NCBI RefSeq assembly: GCF_006345805.1
Contig: NC_042997.1
Location: 63,860,001 to 63,924,000 of the forward strand
DNA length: 64,000 bases
Direction: 5' to 3'
Origin: Octopus sinensis
Taxonomy: Eukaryota
This document shows positions 62,683 through 64,000 of this stretch, piece by piece. The notes below the pieces were generated by a model. The model was not told the DNA's origin, made no database searches, and worked only from the letters and a program-made list of their open reading frames with translations. Every line of letters begins with the position of its first letter. The stretch's first letter is position 1. The position numbers and the translations under genes were made by a program.

Positions 62683-62742
62683 TTATAACTATTATTATTA
62701 TTATTTTTATTATTATTATTATATTATTATTATTATTTTTTA

Positions 62743-62785
<43 letters not shown>

Positions 62786-62938
62786 TTTTATTTTTATTAT
62801 TATTATTATTATTATTTATTATTATTTTTAGCATTATTATTATTTTTATTATTATTATTATTATTTTTTATTATTATTATTATTATTATTATTTTTATTT
62901 TTATCATTATTATTATTATTATTATTATTATTTTTACT

Positions 62939-62969
<31 letters not shown>

Positions 62970-63080
62970 TTTTTATTATTATTATTTATTATTATTATAT
63001 TTATTATTATTATTATTATTATTTATTATTATTATTATTATTATTTTATTATTATTATTATTTTATTATTATTATTATTA

Positions 63081-63124
<44 letters not shown>

Positions 63125-63137
63125 TATTATTATTATT
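62370..63137. repeat. Long degenerate (ATT)n array with T expansions
   Basis: About 770 bp, directly visible. Confidence 0.97.
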
Positions 63138-63360
63138 CAGTAGTTTTATTTTTATAGCGTGCTTTCACTTCACTACCGAGCGCAGCTCTGTGTGCCTTGG
63201 GTATGTGCTGTGATTTGTTGTGATGCTCTGATGGTTATTGTATGGAAAGTGTTCTGCGTAGGATGTGTGCAGTGCCTAGTAGTGCAATTTTCTGTATGTT
63301 ATATGTGTTTGTAAGTCCTGCTGGTGTTTTTGTTATGTATTTGTCTGAATATTTTTTTTT
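63138..63360 (-). mobile_element. Short R4/Dong-type 3' fragment, second copy
   Basis: Nearly identical to 58633-58848, with the same ends. Confidence 0.8.
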
Positions 63361-63368
63361 TATTATTA

Positions 63369-63430
<62 letters not shown>

Positions 63431-63440
63431 CATTATTATC

Positions 63441-63514
<74 letters not shown>

Positions 63515-63558
63515 CATTATTATTATTATTATTATTATTATCATTATTATTATTATTA

Positions 63559-63590
<32 letters not shown>

Positions 63591-63598
63591 CATTATTA

Positions 63599-63654
<56 letters not shown>

Positions 63655-63688
63655 ATTATTATTATTATTATCATTATTATTATTATTA
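63361..63688. repeat. (ATT)n/(AGT)n compound microsatellite
   Basis: Directly visible. Confidence 0.96.
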
Positions 63689-64000
63689 AGTCATTTGTAT
63701 TTTGGTATGAGTGTACTTGTTTGCCTCTTGCGCTATCTGTATTTCATTGGTTTACCGCGTGCGTTTTTCAAGGAATTATACATTTGTTTTCCGTGCTGCT
63801 TCACAAGAACATGTCCAAAATGCAAAGAGAAAGTCTGTTTAAATACTTTCGTACGCTTTGCGTAGGATATGGTGCTACTGCCGACACTCATTATGAGGAA
63901 GTTGCTACTGCTGATGTTGTTGTCCAAGATGACGGTGAGGAATATCATGATATCAACGATGATGACAAAGATGATGTTGATAATGATGATGATGACAAAG

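Overview
AT-rich, microsatellite-dense eukaryotic DNA. The repeat content and the gene suggest an octopus or other cephalopod (inference). One host protein-coding gene is supported: a four-coding-exon, plus-strand neuropeptide precursor of the molluscan PKYMDT (proctolin-like) family. Its exons are 4454-4555, 21174-21269, 23921-24059 and 27022-27032, giving 115 aa: signal peptide, KR-PKYMDT-R, a spacer ending G-KR, and a two-Cys C-terminal peptide. The rest is intronic or intergenic and full of mobile elements: three tRNA-derived SINE families, a CR1/L2-like LINE, a Tc1 element with TIRs, Helitron-like non-autonomous elements, a TTAA-type MITE, RTE 3' fragments, and Penelope-like (GIY-YIG) remnants. 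Three of the Penelope-type termini carry recognisable type I hammerhead ribozyme folds (about 38.7, 43.8 and 49.7 kb), and there are several head-to-head inversions. At 55.8-63.4 kb, R4/Dong-clade RLE retrotransposon copies and a non-coding co-targeting element are stacked in one orientation inside (ATT)n arrays. Almost all other ORFs in the supplied track are microsatellite translations. No database searches were run. Family names come from recognised motifs and repeat boundaries are approximate.
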